Origin: a bacterium
GTDB lineage: Bacteria > Desulfobacterota > DSWW01
Assembly: GCA_040756235.1 (NCBI GenBank)
Contig: JBFLZG010000013.1
Location: 1 to 15,747 of the forward strand
Length of the DNA: 15,747 nucleotides
Reading direction: 5' to 3'
Part shown: piece after piece, positions 6,780 to 14,727 of the stretch
Position numbering within the stretch: the stretch's first letter is position 1
Layout: each line of letters opens with the position of its first letter
Notes under the pieces: model-generated
Seen by the model: only the letters and a program-made list of their open reading frames with translations
Database searches by the model: none
Told to the model about the DNA's origin: nothing
Translations under genes and position numbers: made by a program

Positions 6780-9700
6780 ATGAATCGCCATGGTTTGCAT
6801 GAGCAAGCAATATCGCGCAGGAAAGCGCGGCCCGGGGCGGTCGCGCTGGCCGCTTTCACCTTGGCTCTTCTGGGCGCATCCTGCATGCCCTTCACGGGCG
6901 CATTCAGCCCGGCCAGTCAGCTGGGCTATGACGTCATCAGCCGCGATACGACCTGGAAGCGAAGCTCCGGTCCCCGCGTCATCGACCGCTCCGTGCTCGT
7001 CCTGCCCGAGGCCACCCTTACCGTGCAGCCGGGAGCCGAGCTGGTGCTGGGGCCGGATGTGACGATCTTCTGTCAGGGCCGTCTGGTTGCCGCCGGATCT
7101 GCCGAGCGGCCCATCCGGATCCATGGCCGGCAGGGCGAACCCTGGGCCAAGATCGACTGCTTCGGCACCAACCCTCCGGGCAGGGAGGCCGAAGAACGAA
7201 ACGTGCTCAGACACTGCATCGTGGAGCACGGCCGGGGGATCGTCGCCCGCGCCAGCGCCCTGACGGTGGAGTCCTGCGTGTTCCGAAACAACGCCTCGAC
7301 TCCGATCCGCATGGAGTTCTCTTCCGGAAGGATCGCGGAGAACGAGATCTACGACAACTCCACCGAGCTCGACGCCGCGGGAGGGAACGGCGGCGGAATC
7401 GTGGCCTACACGGACAAGCAAGTCGTGATCGCGGACAACACGATCCACGACAACTTCTCCAGCGGCGGCAGGGACGGCGGCGGCGCCCTCTACGCTTACG
7501 CCTACGATACCGGGCGGGTGAGGGTCGCCCGGAACCGCATCTTTCGCAACCGCAGCGACCGCCACGGCGGCGGGATCGTGGCCTACAGCTGCGACGTGGA
7601 GGAGAACTGGATCGCCGATAACCATGCCGCCTGCTCAGGCGGCGGCGTCTACGCGATCGACGCCCGAATCCGGAACAACCGGATCGAGCGCAACGGCGCC
7701 GCAAGGGGAGGAGGCATCTACTCCGAGAGCTCGCTCGTCGAGCGGAACGCCATCGTGAACAACACGGCGCCTCCCGAGGCGGGCGGCGGTCTCTACGCTT
7801 GCGGCGACGGCAAGGTCCTGGGCAATTGCTTTTTCGGAAACGGCTCCTCGAGCGCTGGCGCCGGCGAGGCGATCGCGGTCTCGGGCAACACGTTCCTCCA
7901 TCGGAACAACATCGTCGCGAGCCGCGGCCTGGCTCTCCGCGCCGAGACCCACAGCCTGGCCCAGGATCTGGACGCAGCCGGCAATTACTGGGGCACCTCC
8001 GACGAGCGCATGATCCTGGCCCGCATCCACGACTGGTTCGACGACGGCCGGTTCGGCCTCGTCGACTGGAAGGGTTTCGAGCGCAATTGGGTGACCGGCA
8101 CCCCTCTGCCGCCCCCCGCCTTCCTGCTCCACCAGACCCGAGGAGAAAGACTCCTGCTTTCCTGGGAATATCCTCCCGGGCTCGCGCAGCAGGGGTTTCG
8201 GCTGACCTGGAGCCCGTCGCCGGACTTCTCCGACCCGGGCAGCGCCGAAGTCCCGGCGGAAAGCCGCAGGGCGGACGTCCCGCGACCCGGCCCGGGCGCG
8301 CTGTTCGTGCGCCTGTGCGCCCTGGAGAGGGCTCCCGACGGCAGGATTCTGGAGGGGCCTTCCTCGGCGGCCACGCGCGTACCCCCAACGACGGACGGCA
8401 ACCCGGCCTCGGTTCCGGCGGAAATCGCAACCGACGTCGCTCCCGCCTGCGAGCCCGGATCCCGAGGGTTCGTCCGCCTCGGCGCTTCGACCGCCGTGCC
8501 GGACTCGAAACAGCCGAGGCGGGGCTGGTGGGTGGTGAGCGAATACGCAGGCGACTTCTTCCTGCCGGCCTTCGACAGCGGGCCGGTAACCGGCAGTGGG
8601 GCGGTCTGCATTCCGGAGAAGGCGCTGCAGCCGGGGCGGGAGTACTTCTGGCGCTCCGCGTTCCAGGACAGCAGCGGCAATTGGAGCGATTGGACGCCGC
8701 CCACGCGCTTCGCCACGCCTCCGGCGGCGCCCGACGTGCTGGCGGGACCGCTGGACGGGAGCCTCACCGTGGGGGGCGAGGGACACGAGGAAGTCTCCGT
8801 AAAGGGGAATCTCCTCGTCCCGGAGGCCGCCTCCCTCGAGATCCTGCCCGGCACCAGACTCCGCATATCGCCCGGCAAGACACTGCGCGTCCGGGGACGA
8901 CTCGTGGCCCGGGGAGAAGAGGAACGGCCCGTCCTGTTCAGCGGTCAGCCGGGCGCCCCCTGGGGCCAGCTCTTTTTCGAAGGGAGGAAAGGCGAGGATC
9001 CTGAGACCGCTTCGTCCGCGCCTCCCGACGGAGCCGCGGGCGGCTCTCTCCGATACAGCATCGTCGAACACGGCCACGGGATCCTGATGGAGGGCTCCGG
9101 GGCCTTGATCCAGGGCTGCACCGTCCGGCGGAACAGGGGCAGCGGGATCTCCATCCGGGACGCGGCAGCGCGTGTCGTAGGCAACCGGATCGTGGAGAAC
9201 GAAAGCCCCACCAACGGCGGCGGCATCTACGCCTACGGCAGTCAGCCCGTCCTCCTCCGGGACAACCAGATCCTGAACAACCGCGCCGCGGAGGATGGAG
9301 GGGGCGTCTTCTCCTACGGCTATCACTCGACGACCGCGATCCACCTGGAGGGGAACCGGATCGAAGGAAACCGGGCCGGGGGAGACGGCGCCGGCGTCTG
9401 GGCGTCGCGCTCCTCGGTCCTGCACAACCGGATCGTCTCCAACCAGGCCGCAAACTCCGGGGGCGGGCTCTTTGCCACCTTTGCCCTCGTGGAAGACAAC
9501 GAGATCCGGGCGAACACGGCCCTTCGAGGCGGAGGCGTGTACGCGGAAACCAACAGCTCTGTCGTGGACAACCGCATCCTCGAGAACCGGGCGCTCGAAG
9601 GCGTCGGCGGCGGGGCCTACCTCAACTTCTGGGGAGTGAGCGTCGAAAACGAGGAGTTCCGGAAGAACCTGGTGAGCCGCAACGGGACCGCCGGCGCTGC

Positions 9701-9956
9701 AAGCGGCAACGGCGGCGTCTACCTCAACGGCGCCATGATCTTCGAGTTCAACCGGATCTACGGGAACGACGGGTGTCAGCTCTTCAATGCCAATCCTTCC
9801 GACCACAACCCCCTGGCGGCGCCCCACTGCTACTGGGGAAGCTCCCGGCCCGCGGAGATCGCGGCGTCGATCCACGACGCCGGCGACGACCCGGCCCTGG
9901 CGCAGGTCGACTTCGAGCCTTTCGCCGCGTCCCCCGAAGAGGCGACGGAGCGGTAA
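6780..9956 (+). CDS. Exported right-handed parallel beta-helix repeat protein with two homologous beta-helix modules and an FN3-like linker, possibly a lipoprotein, 1058 aa
   Basis: Many N-x-I-x-x-N and GGG(I/V/L)Y repeats. The N-terminus is basic, then hydrophobic, and ends in LLGASC. GGGGAG precedes the ATG at 6780. FN3-like motifs LLLSWEY and LQPGREYFWR...WSDW. Confidence 0.85.
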   Translation: MNRHGLHEQAISRRKARPGAVALAAFTLALLGASCMPFTGAFSPASQLGYDVISRDTTWKRSSGPRVIDRSVLVLPEATLTVQPGAELVLGPDVTIFCQGRLVAAGSAERPIRIHGRQGEPWAKIDCFGTNPPGREAEERNVLRHCIVEHGRGIVARASALTVESCVFRNNASTPIRMEFSSGRIAENEIYDNSTELDAAGGNGGGIVAYTDKQVVIADNTIHDNFSSGGRDGGGALYAYAYDTGRVRVARNRIFRNRSDRHGGGIVAYSCDVEENWIADNHAACSGGGVYAIDARIRNNRIERNGAARGGGIYSESSLVERNAIVNNTAPPEAGGGLYACGDGKVLGNCFFGNGSSSAGAGEAIAVSGNTFLHRNNIVASRGLALRAETHSLAQDLDAAGNYWGTSDERMILARIHDWFDDGRFGLVDWKGFERNWVTGTPLPPPAFLLHQTRGERLLLSWEYPPGLAQQGFRLTWSPSPDFSDPGSAEVPAESRRADVPRPGPGALFVRLCALERAPDGRILEGPSSAATRVPPTTDGNPASVPAEIATDVAPACEPGSRGFVRLGASTAVPDSKQPRRGWWVVSEYAGDFFLPAFDSGPVTGSGAVCIPEKALQPGREYFWRSAFQDSSGNWSDWTPPTRFATPPAAPDVLAGPLDGSLTVGGEGHEEVSVKGNLLVPEAASLEILPGTRLRISPGKTLRVRGRLVARGEEERPVLFSGQPGAPWGQLFFEGRKGEDPETASSAPPDGAAGGSLRYSIVEHGHGILMEGSGALIQGCTVRRNRGSGISIRDAAARVVGNRIVENESPTNGGGIYAYGSQPVLLRDNQILNNRAAEDGGGVFSYGYHSTTAIHLEGNRIEGNRAGGDGAGVWASRSSVLHNRIVSNQAANSGGGLFATFALVEDNEIRANTALRGGGVYAETNSSVVDNRILENRALEGVGGGAYLNFWGVSVENEEFRKNLVSRNGTAGAASGNGGVYLNGAMIFEFNRIYGNDGCQLFNANPSDHNPLAAPHCYWGSSRPAEIAASIHDAGDDPALAQVDFEPFAASPEEATER

Positions 9957-10213
9957 TGCGGTGGGTGCCCCCCGCCCTCGATCGTCTCGGGCTCAGAACG
10001 CTCCGGCCGATTCTCCTCCCGAGGGTCGGAGACTGCAGCCCTTCGGGCGGGGTCACCCTTTTCGTCCCTCGTTCCGGGCCGGGTGTATCGGTGCACACCG
10101 CCTGACGGGGGCGGTAATCGGGAAACAAGCCTGCGTTCCACCGGCCTGTCGGAACTCGAGACGGCCTGCGCGACTCGCCCTCGCCTCCTCGTGCGGGGGG
10201 CACCCTCCGCATT
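9955..10213. repeat. 21-bp inverted repeat pair (1 mismatch) bounding a 259-bp segment; REPIN/MITE-like
   Basis: AATGCGGTGGGTGCCCCCCGC (9955-9975) versus GCGGGGGGCACCCTCCGCATT (10193-10213). Confidence 0.7.
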
Positions 10214-10319
10214 TACGAGGGCCTTTGTAGGGGCGCTGCTTGCTGCGCCCACCATCGGGTTGACGGAGCGTTTGCCCGGGTGATGGTATCCCGCCCTCGA
10301 TCGTCTCGGGCTCAGAACG
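9971..10319 (+). repeat. Perfect 30-bp direct repeat, two copies
   Basis: CCCGCCCTCGATCGTCTCGGGCTCAGAACG at 9971-10000 and 10290-10319. Both copies are followed shortly by GCCGATTC. Confidence 0.9.
10227..10250 (+). repeat. GTAG-type REP element
   Basis: GTAG followed by the imperfect hairpin GGGCGC-TGCTTGCT-GCGCCC, the typical layout of RAYT-associated REPs. Confidence 0.65.
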
Positions 10320-10489
10320 GCACACCCCGCCGATTCGCACCAGCGTTGATTCCGTGCAGCGGAAAGGGTAGAAGAAAGGACACCTGCTGGGACGGGTCCG
10401 GGATCTCGCGTGAAGCTCCCGCAACCGCTCCGAGTGCAACGGCCGCTTCAGGCCCGAGTTGCAGCCGGCCGCCGGAGAGGACACCAAAC

Positions 10490-11296
10490 ATGGATACGCC
10501 AAAGGAAATCCTTCTGACCATGCAGGACGGGATCAAGGTGATCACCCTGAACGCGCCGGAGAAGCGCAATGCCCTGAGCAGCACCAACGCCCTGTGGATG
10601 GCCAAGGAGATCGAGAAGGGACCCGAGGACGGAACCCGGGTGGTGGTCATCACCGGAGCCGGCGGCGCCTTCTGCGCAGGGGCCGACCTCGCCCAGCGCG
10701 ACGGGATCGCAGGGCGTCTTCAGGAGTCAGGGGGTCTGGTGGAGGAGGATCTCGATGAGATGACCAACACCACCTACCATCGACTCTCCCGTGCCGTGTA
10801 CACCCTGCCGCGGCCGGTCATCGCCGCCGTGGACGGAGTGGCCGCCGGTTTCGGGTGCGCCCTCGCGGTCAACGCGGACATTACCCTCGCATCGACCCGT
10901 GCCCGGTTCATCCAGGTCTTCATCAACATCGCCCTCGTACCGGACGGCGGCTCCACATTCATCCTGCCGAAGCTGATCGGCATGAAGAAGGCCATGGAGA
11001 TGGCGTTCACCGGGGACCCGGTTTCGGCCGAGGAAGCGCTCCGCATGAACATGGTCAACCGCGTCTACCCTGCCGAGGAGCTGATGGAGCAGACCATGAA
11101 GTGGGCCAGGAGGCTGGCGCAGGGGCCGGTCAAGACCATGGGCGTCGCCAAGCGGATGTTTTATGAGGCGCAGCTCATGACGTACGATCAGGCCCTCGAC
11201 ATGGAGGCGCACAGGCAGGGACGGCTCATGACGAAGCCGGACTTCATCAACGCCGTGGCAGCCTTTTTTCAAAAGAAGAAGCCGACCTTCTCGTGA
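10490..11296 (+). CDS. Enoyl-CoA hydratase/isomerase (crotonase superfamily), PaaG-like, 268 aa
   Basis: ITLNAPEKRNAL, ITGAGGAFCAGADL, PVIAAVDGVAAGFG, LVPDGGST and AFFQKKKPTFS. GGAGAGGA precedes the ATG at 10490. Confidence 0.93.
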   Translation: MDTPKEILLTMQDGIKVITLNAPEKRNALSSTNALWMAKEIEKGPEDGTRVVVITGAGGAFCAGADLAQRDGIAGRLQESGGLVEEDLDEMTNTTYHRLSRAVYTLPRPVIAAVDGVAAGFGCALAVNADITLASTRARFIQVFINIALVPDGGSTFILPKLIGMKKAMEMAFTGDPVSAEEALRMNMVNRVYPAEELMEQTMKWARRLAQGPVKTMGVAKRMFYEAQLMTYDQALDMEAHRQGRLMTKPDFINAVAAFFQKKKPTFS

Positions 11297-11315
11297 TGTG
11301 CCGAAATCCGCTTCC

Positions 11316-11344
11316 AGGTGCAGGGGCTCACTCGCCCTGCACCT
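11316..11344 (+). terminator. Stem-loop downstream of the crotonase gene (terminator or repeat-derived)
   Basis: AGGTGCAGGG-9 nt-CCCTGCACCT gives a 10-bp stem, but there is no real U-tract. Confidence 0.3.
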
Positions 11345-11468
11345 TCGCCCGCCGGGATCCTATCTAAATTCTGAAGTCGAAATTCCGAATCCGGCCTGAG
11401 CACGCGCGCGGGCGCCAAGTGCCTCGTTGCGTGCTCCAGCCCAGTCTTCATTCGCAGGAGGCATCGGC

Positions 11469-13613
11469 GTGGCAAACCCTGAAGACATGAACATTTCCGA
11501 GCCCGGCCGGGATAGCCGGCATTGCAACAGGCTCGCGGGCGAGAAGAGCCCGTACCTGCTCCAGCATGCTCACAATCCGGTGGACTGGTATCCCTGGGGC
11601 GATGAGGCGTTCGAAAAAGCCACGAGAGAAGACAAGCCGGTCTTCCTGTCCATCGGTTATTCGACCTGCCACTGGTGCCACGTCATGGAGCGCGAGTCCT
11701 TCGAAGACCCGGAGGTGGCCCGCCGGATGAACGAGGTGTTCGTTCCGGTCAAGGTCGACCGGGAAGAGAGGCCCGACATCGACAACGTGTACATGACCGT
11801 TTGCCAGGCCCTGACCGGGGCAGGAGGCTGGCCTCTGACGGTGATTCTCACGCCGGACAAGCAGCCCTTCTTTGCGGGCACCTATTTTCCCAAGGAAACG
11901 CGGCACGGCCGGATCGGCCTGCTCGAGCTGATTCCCCGGATCCGGGACTTGTGGGAGACGCGGCGGGATGAAGCGGTTCGGTCGGCCTCCAGGGTGGCTG
12001 CCGTCCTTCAGGAGCTCTCCCAGGACGCGCCCGGAGATCCGCTCGGCACATCGGTTCTCGGGAAAGGATATGCGGAGCTCAGCAGGCGCTTCGACGCGGA
12101 GCGGGCAGGTTTCGGGACGGCGCCCAAGTTCCCGACCGCTCACAACCATCTTTTCCTGCTCCGCTACTGGAGGCGGACCGGCGAGACCTTTGCCCTGGAG
12201 ATGGTCGAGAAGAGCCTGAGAGCCATGCGGCTCGGAGGGATCTACGACCATGTGGGCCTCGGTTTCCATCGCTACGCCACCGATGCGGGCTGGCTCGTCC
12301 CCCATTTCGAGAAGATGCTCTACGATCAGGCCATGCTGGCCATGGCCTATACCGAAGCCTGGCAGGCGACCGGCACCGCCCTGTACCGGGAGACGGCGCG
12401 GGAGATCCTCACGTACGTGTTGCGGGACATGACCGCCCCGGAGGGCGGGTTCTACTCGGGCGAGGACGCGGACAGCGAGGGCGAAGAGGGCAAGTTCTAC
12501 GTCTGGACCGATCAGGAGATCCGGGAGGTCCTCGGGAACGAGGAGGCGGAGTTCGTCATCCGTGTCTTCAACGTCCAGGAGGGCGGGAACTTCGCTGACG
12601 AATCGACGGGCAGAAGGGCCGGCGCCAACATTCTTCACCTGTCCGGGCCGCTCGATCAGGTCGCCGCCGAATGGCACCTCTCCGAGGAGGAGTTGAAGGG
12701 CAGGCTGGCGGTGGACACGGTCAAGCTGTTCGAGAGGAGGGAAACCCGGATCCCTCCTTTCAAAGACGACAAGATCCTGACCGATTGGAACGGCCTCATG
12801 ATCGCGGCCCTGGCCAAGGCCGCCCAGGCCTTCGAGGAGCCCGCTTACGCGCGCGCCGCCGGCAACGCAGCCGGTTTCATCCTGGAGAAGATGCGGGCTC
12901 CCGACGGAGGCCTTCTCCACTGCTGGCGCGAGGGCGGCGCCACCGACCTGGAGGGGTTCATCGATGACTATGCGTTCCTCATCTGGGGCCTCCTGGAGCT
13001 GTACGAGGCCGACTTCGGCGTGCGTCACCTCGATGCGGCCGCCGAGCTCGGCCGCTATCTCCTGGAGCACTTCTGGGACCCGCAGGGCGGGGGGTTCCAC
13101 TTCACCTCGGACCGGGGAGAGAGGCTGCTGGCCCGCAAGAAAGAGATCTACGACGGGGCGCTCCCGTCCGGGAACTCGGTGGCACTGCTGGATCTGCTCA
13201 GGCTGGCCAGAATCACGGCCGACCCTGCGCTCGAGGAGCACGCGAACAGGCTCATCCAGGCCTTCTCGGGCGTCGTGTGCCAATCCCCTTCGGCCTTCAC
13301 GCAGTTTCTGGCCGGCGTCGACTTCGCGATCGGTCCTTCCTGCGAAGTGGTCATCACGGGTCGTGCCGGGGCAGGGGACACCCGGGAGCTGTTACACTGC
13401 CTGAGACGCCACTACCTGCCCAACAAGGTGGTGGTCTTCCGGCCCGCGGACGAGAGCCGTCCTGAGATCACCCGGCTGGCCAAGTACACGGAGGCCCAGA
13501 CCGGTTTCGATGGAAGGGCCACGGCCTACGTCTGCCGCCACTACTATTGCGAGGCGCCGACCACCGATCCGGAGCAGATGTTGCGCCTGCTTACCGCAGA
13601 CCGCCCTGAATGA
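11469..13613 (+). CDS. yyaL: YyaL/SSP411 (DUF255) thioredoxin-domain plus alpha/alpha-barrel protein, about 714 aa
   Basis: [64 protein letters not shown] and [19 protein letters not shown] lies 7 nt before the GTG at 11469; the alternative start is the ATG at 11487. Confidence 0.95.
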   Translation: MANPEDMNISEPGRDSRHCNRLAGEKSPYLLQHAHNPVDWYPWGDEAFEKATREDKPVFLSIGYSTCHWCHVMERESFEDPEVARRMNEVFVPVKVDREERPDIDNVYMTVCQALTGAGGWPLTVILTPDKQPFFAGTYFPKETRHGRIGLLELIPRIRDLWETRRDEAVRSASRVAAVLQELSQDAPGDPLGTSVLGKGYAELSRRFDAERAGFGTAPKFPTAHNHLFLLRYWRRTGETFALEMVEKSLRAMRLGGIYDHVGLGFHRYATDAGWLVPHFEKMLYDQAMLAMAYTEAWQATGTALYRETAREILTYVLRDMTAPEGGFYSGEDADSEGEEGKFYVWTDQEIREVLGNEEAEFVIRVFNVQEGGNFADESTGRRAGANILHLSGPLDQVAAEWHLSEEELKGRLAVDTVKLFERRETRIPPFKDDKILTDWNGLMIAALAKAAQAFEEPAYARAAGNAAGFILEKMRAPDGGLLHCWREGGATDLEGFIDDYAFLIWGLLELYEADFGVRHLDAAAELGRYLLEHFWDPQGGGFHFTSDRGERLLARKKEIYDGALPSGNSVALLDLLRLARITADPALEEHANRLIQAFSGVVCQSPSAFTQFLAGVDFAIGPSCEVVITGRAGAGDTRELLHCLRRHYLPNKVVVFRPADESRPEITRLAKYTEAQTGFDGRATAYVCRHYYCEAPTTDPEQMLRLLTADRPE

Positions 13614-13647
13614 TTGACCGCTTCTACGACGCATTGCGAGGGCTTGA

Positions 13648-13748
13648 TCCCTTCTCCCCTCGCCGAGGGGAGAAGGCCAGGATGAGGGTGCATTTGCTCC
13701 TGTTTCCCCCTCCCCCTGGCCCTCTCCCCCGTGTCGCGGGGGAGAGGG
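13648..13748. repeat. Second REP-like doublet, inverted homolog of 2835-2947
   Basis: CCTTCTCCCCTCG-C-CGAGGGGAGAAGG plus CCAGGATGAGGG, then CCCCCTCCCCCTGG-CCCTCTCCCCCG-TGTCG-CGGGGGAGAGGG. Confidence 0.85.
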
Positions 13749-13768
13749 TATTCATGAGGCATCGACTC

Positions 13769-13975
13769 ATGTCAGCTGAAACGGATGAGTACAAGGTGAG
13801 AGGATGCACGAAATGTCCCGTCTGCGGGTATCCGCAGGACGCGTGCGTCTGCTGCCCCGAGTGAGGCCACGACTGCCCCCTGGAGCAGGGGGAAGCCTAC
13901 TGTCCGGTCTGCCTTCCCGAGCCGAATGAAGAGACCGAAGAATTTGCTTGTGTACCCGCGCGACCAGTGCTATAG
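13769..13975 (+). CDS. Cys-rich microprotein with a probable selenocysteine (UGA at 13862-13864), 68 aa
   Basis: Read-through gives MSAETDEYKVRGCTKCPVCGYPQDACVCCPE(U)GHDCPLEQGEAYCPVCLPEPNEETEEFACVPARPVL-TAG. GAGG lies 9 nt upstream; the alternative ATG is at 13754. The Cys pattern continues past the TGA, and a hairpin follows it. Confidence 0.7.
13865..13897 (+). promoter_or_regulatory. Candidate bacterial SECIS element
   Basis: Upper stem CCCCCTG/CAGGGGG (13876-13892) with a G-initiated loop (GAG) starting 18 nt after the UGA. A possible lower GGC/GCC pairing exists (13865-67 with 13895-97). Confidence 0.6.
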
Positions 13976-13976
13976 G
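13948..13976 (+). promoter_or_regulatory. Possible sigma70-type promoter for the DUF2284 genes
   Basis: TTGTGT-17 nt-TATAGG with an extended -10 TG at 13968-69. The -10 is imperfect and the site overlaps the 3' end of the microprotein ORF. Confidence 0.3.
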
Positions 13977-14007
13977 CACTGAGGGCCTACGCCGGAGGAG
14001 GACGGAC

Positions 14008-14697
14008 GTGAACACGGGCGCGAGAATCAAGTTCGAGGTCGTTCCGCAGGACCTGGACATCCTGACGCACCGCCTGAAGGAGCTGGGGTGCCGGGAGGCA
14101 ACGACCGTCCGCATGGAGGACCTTCGCTTTCGGGAGTCCACGCGCCGGAAGTGTGAAGTCCCGAACTGCGGCTCCTATGGCAACACCTTTCAGTGTCCGC
14201 CGTACACGCCCTCCAGGGAGGAAGCGGCAGCGTGTCTGCCGGGAGCCTACGAATACGGGGTCATCGGCGTCATGTATAGCCCTCCCGCAGAGATGGCCGT
14301 GCCGCGAGACGGCAACGTGATGAAGATGATGGAGAGGGCCGGCAGCTGGTCGGCCCGTATCAGCAGCATCGTGAGCAAGGTCGAGTCCAGGGCTCACGAG
14401 CTCGGCTACTACAAGGCCATGGGATTCAACTGCGGTCCGTGCACGTGGTGCGGCATGTGGACCCGCCGCTGGTTCGATGGCTTTGCGACCGGCAAGGATG
14501 TCGCCGCCTGCGCTCTGATCCGGAGCGGCCTGTGCCGCAAACACCGCAGGTCGAGGCCGTCCGCCGAGCCTCTCGGCATCGACATCGCGGCGTGGTTGCG
14601 GGAAAGGGGCCTGATCACCGACGAGCTGATCTTCCCGGAAATCTCGTTCGAGTGCGCGGCCGAGTGCCCTTTCTATGCGCTCGTTCTCGTCGGCTAG
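14008..14697 (+). CDS. DUF2284 (predicted metal-binding) protein, 229 aa
   Basis: KCEVPNCGSYGNTFQCPP, GPCTWC, C..C....RPSAEPLGID and a C-terminal YALVLV. GGAGGAGG lies 6 nt before the GTG at 14008. Confidence 0.85.
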   Translation: MNTGARIKFEVVPQDLDILTHRLKELGCREATTVRMEDLRFRESTRRKCEVPNCGSYGNTFQCPPYTPSREEAAACLPGAYEYGVIGVMYSPPAEMAVPRDGNVMKMMERAGSWSARISSIVSKVESRAHELGYYKAMGFNCGPCTWCGMWTRRWFDGFATGKDVAACALIRSGLCRKHRRSRPSAEPLGIDIAAWLRERGLITDELIFPEISFECAAECPFYALVLVG

Positions 14698-14727
14698 AAA
14701 ATCCCGGGCAAGAGACAGGGGACGCTC

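Noticed and set aside
10083..10160. Cobalamin or Moco riboswitch (GGTGC-hairpin-AATCGGGAA)
   Set aside because: The downstream conserved elements (GGTGnRAnTCC, ACTGT, B12 box, or the Moco CCTCCCGT...GGAAAGG) are absent.
10177..10222. HDV-like ribozyme (CGC-CTCCTCGT-GCG loop)
   Set aside because: No GG for P1.1 after a plausible P1 and no proper J4/2. The pairing is better explained by the inverted repeat.
9971..10319. CRISPR array
   Set aside because: Only two 30-bp copies, 289 bp between them, and no cas genes.
1313..13613. Selenocysteine read-through at the other TGA stops
   Set aside because: These stops fall at plausible natural C-termini, none is in a Cys-motif context, and some overlap or closely precede the next gene.
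13610..13864. 84-aa ORF as listed in the track
   Set aside because: Its first half is translated REP-doublet sequence. The credible coding part starts at 13754 or 13769 and probably continues past the TGA.
98..14007. ORF-track start sites 98, 5531, 6693, 10280, 11427 and 13948
   Set aside because: Downstream starts have better RBSs and match the family N-termini. Several of the extensions run through repeats or neighbouring genes.
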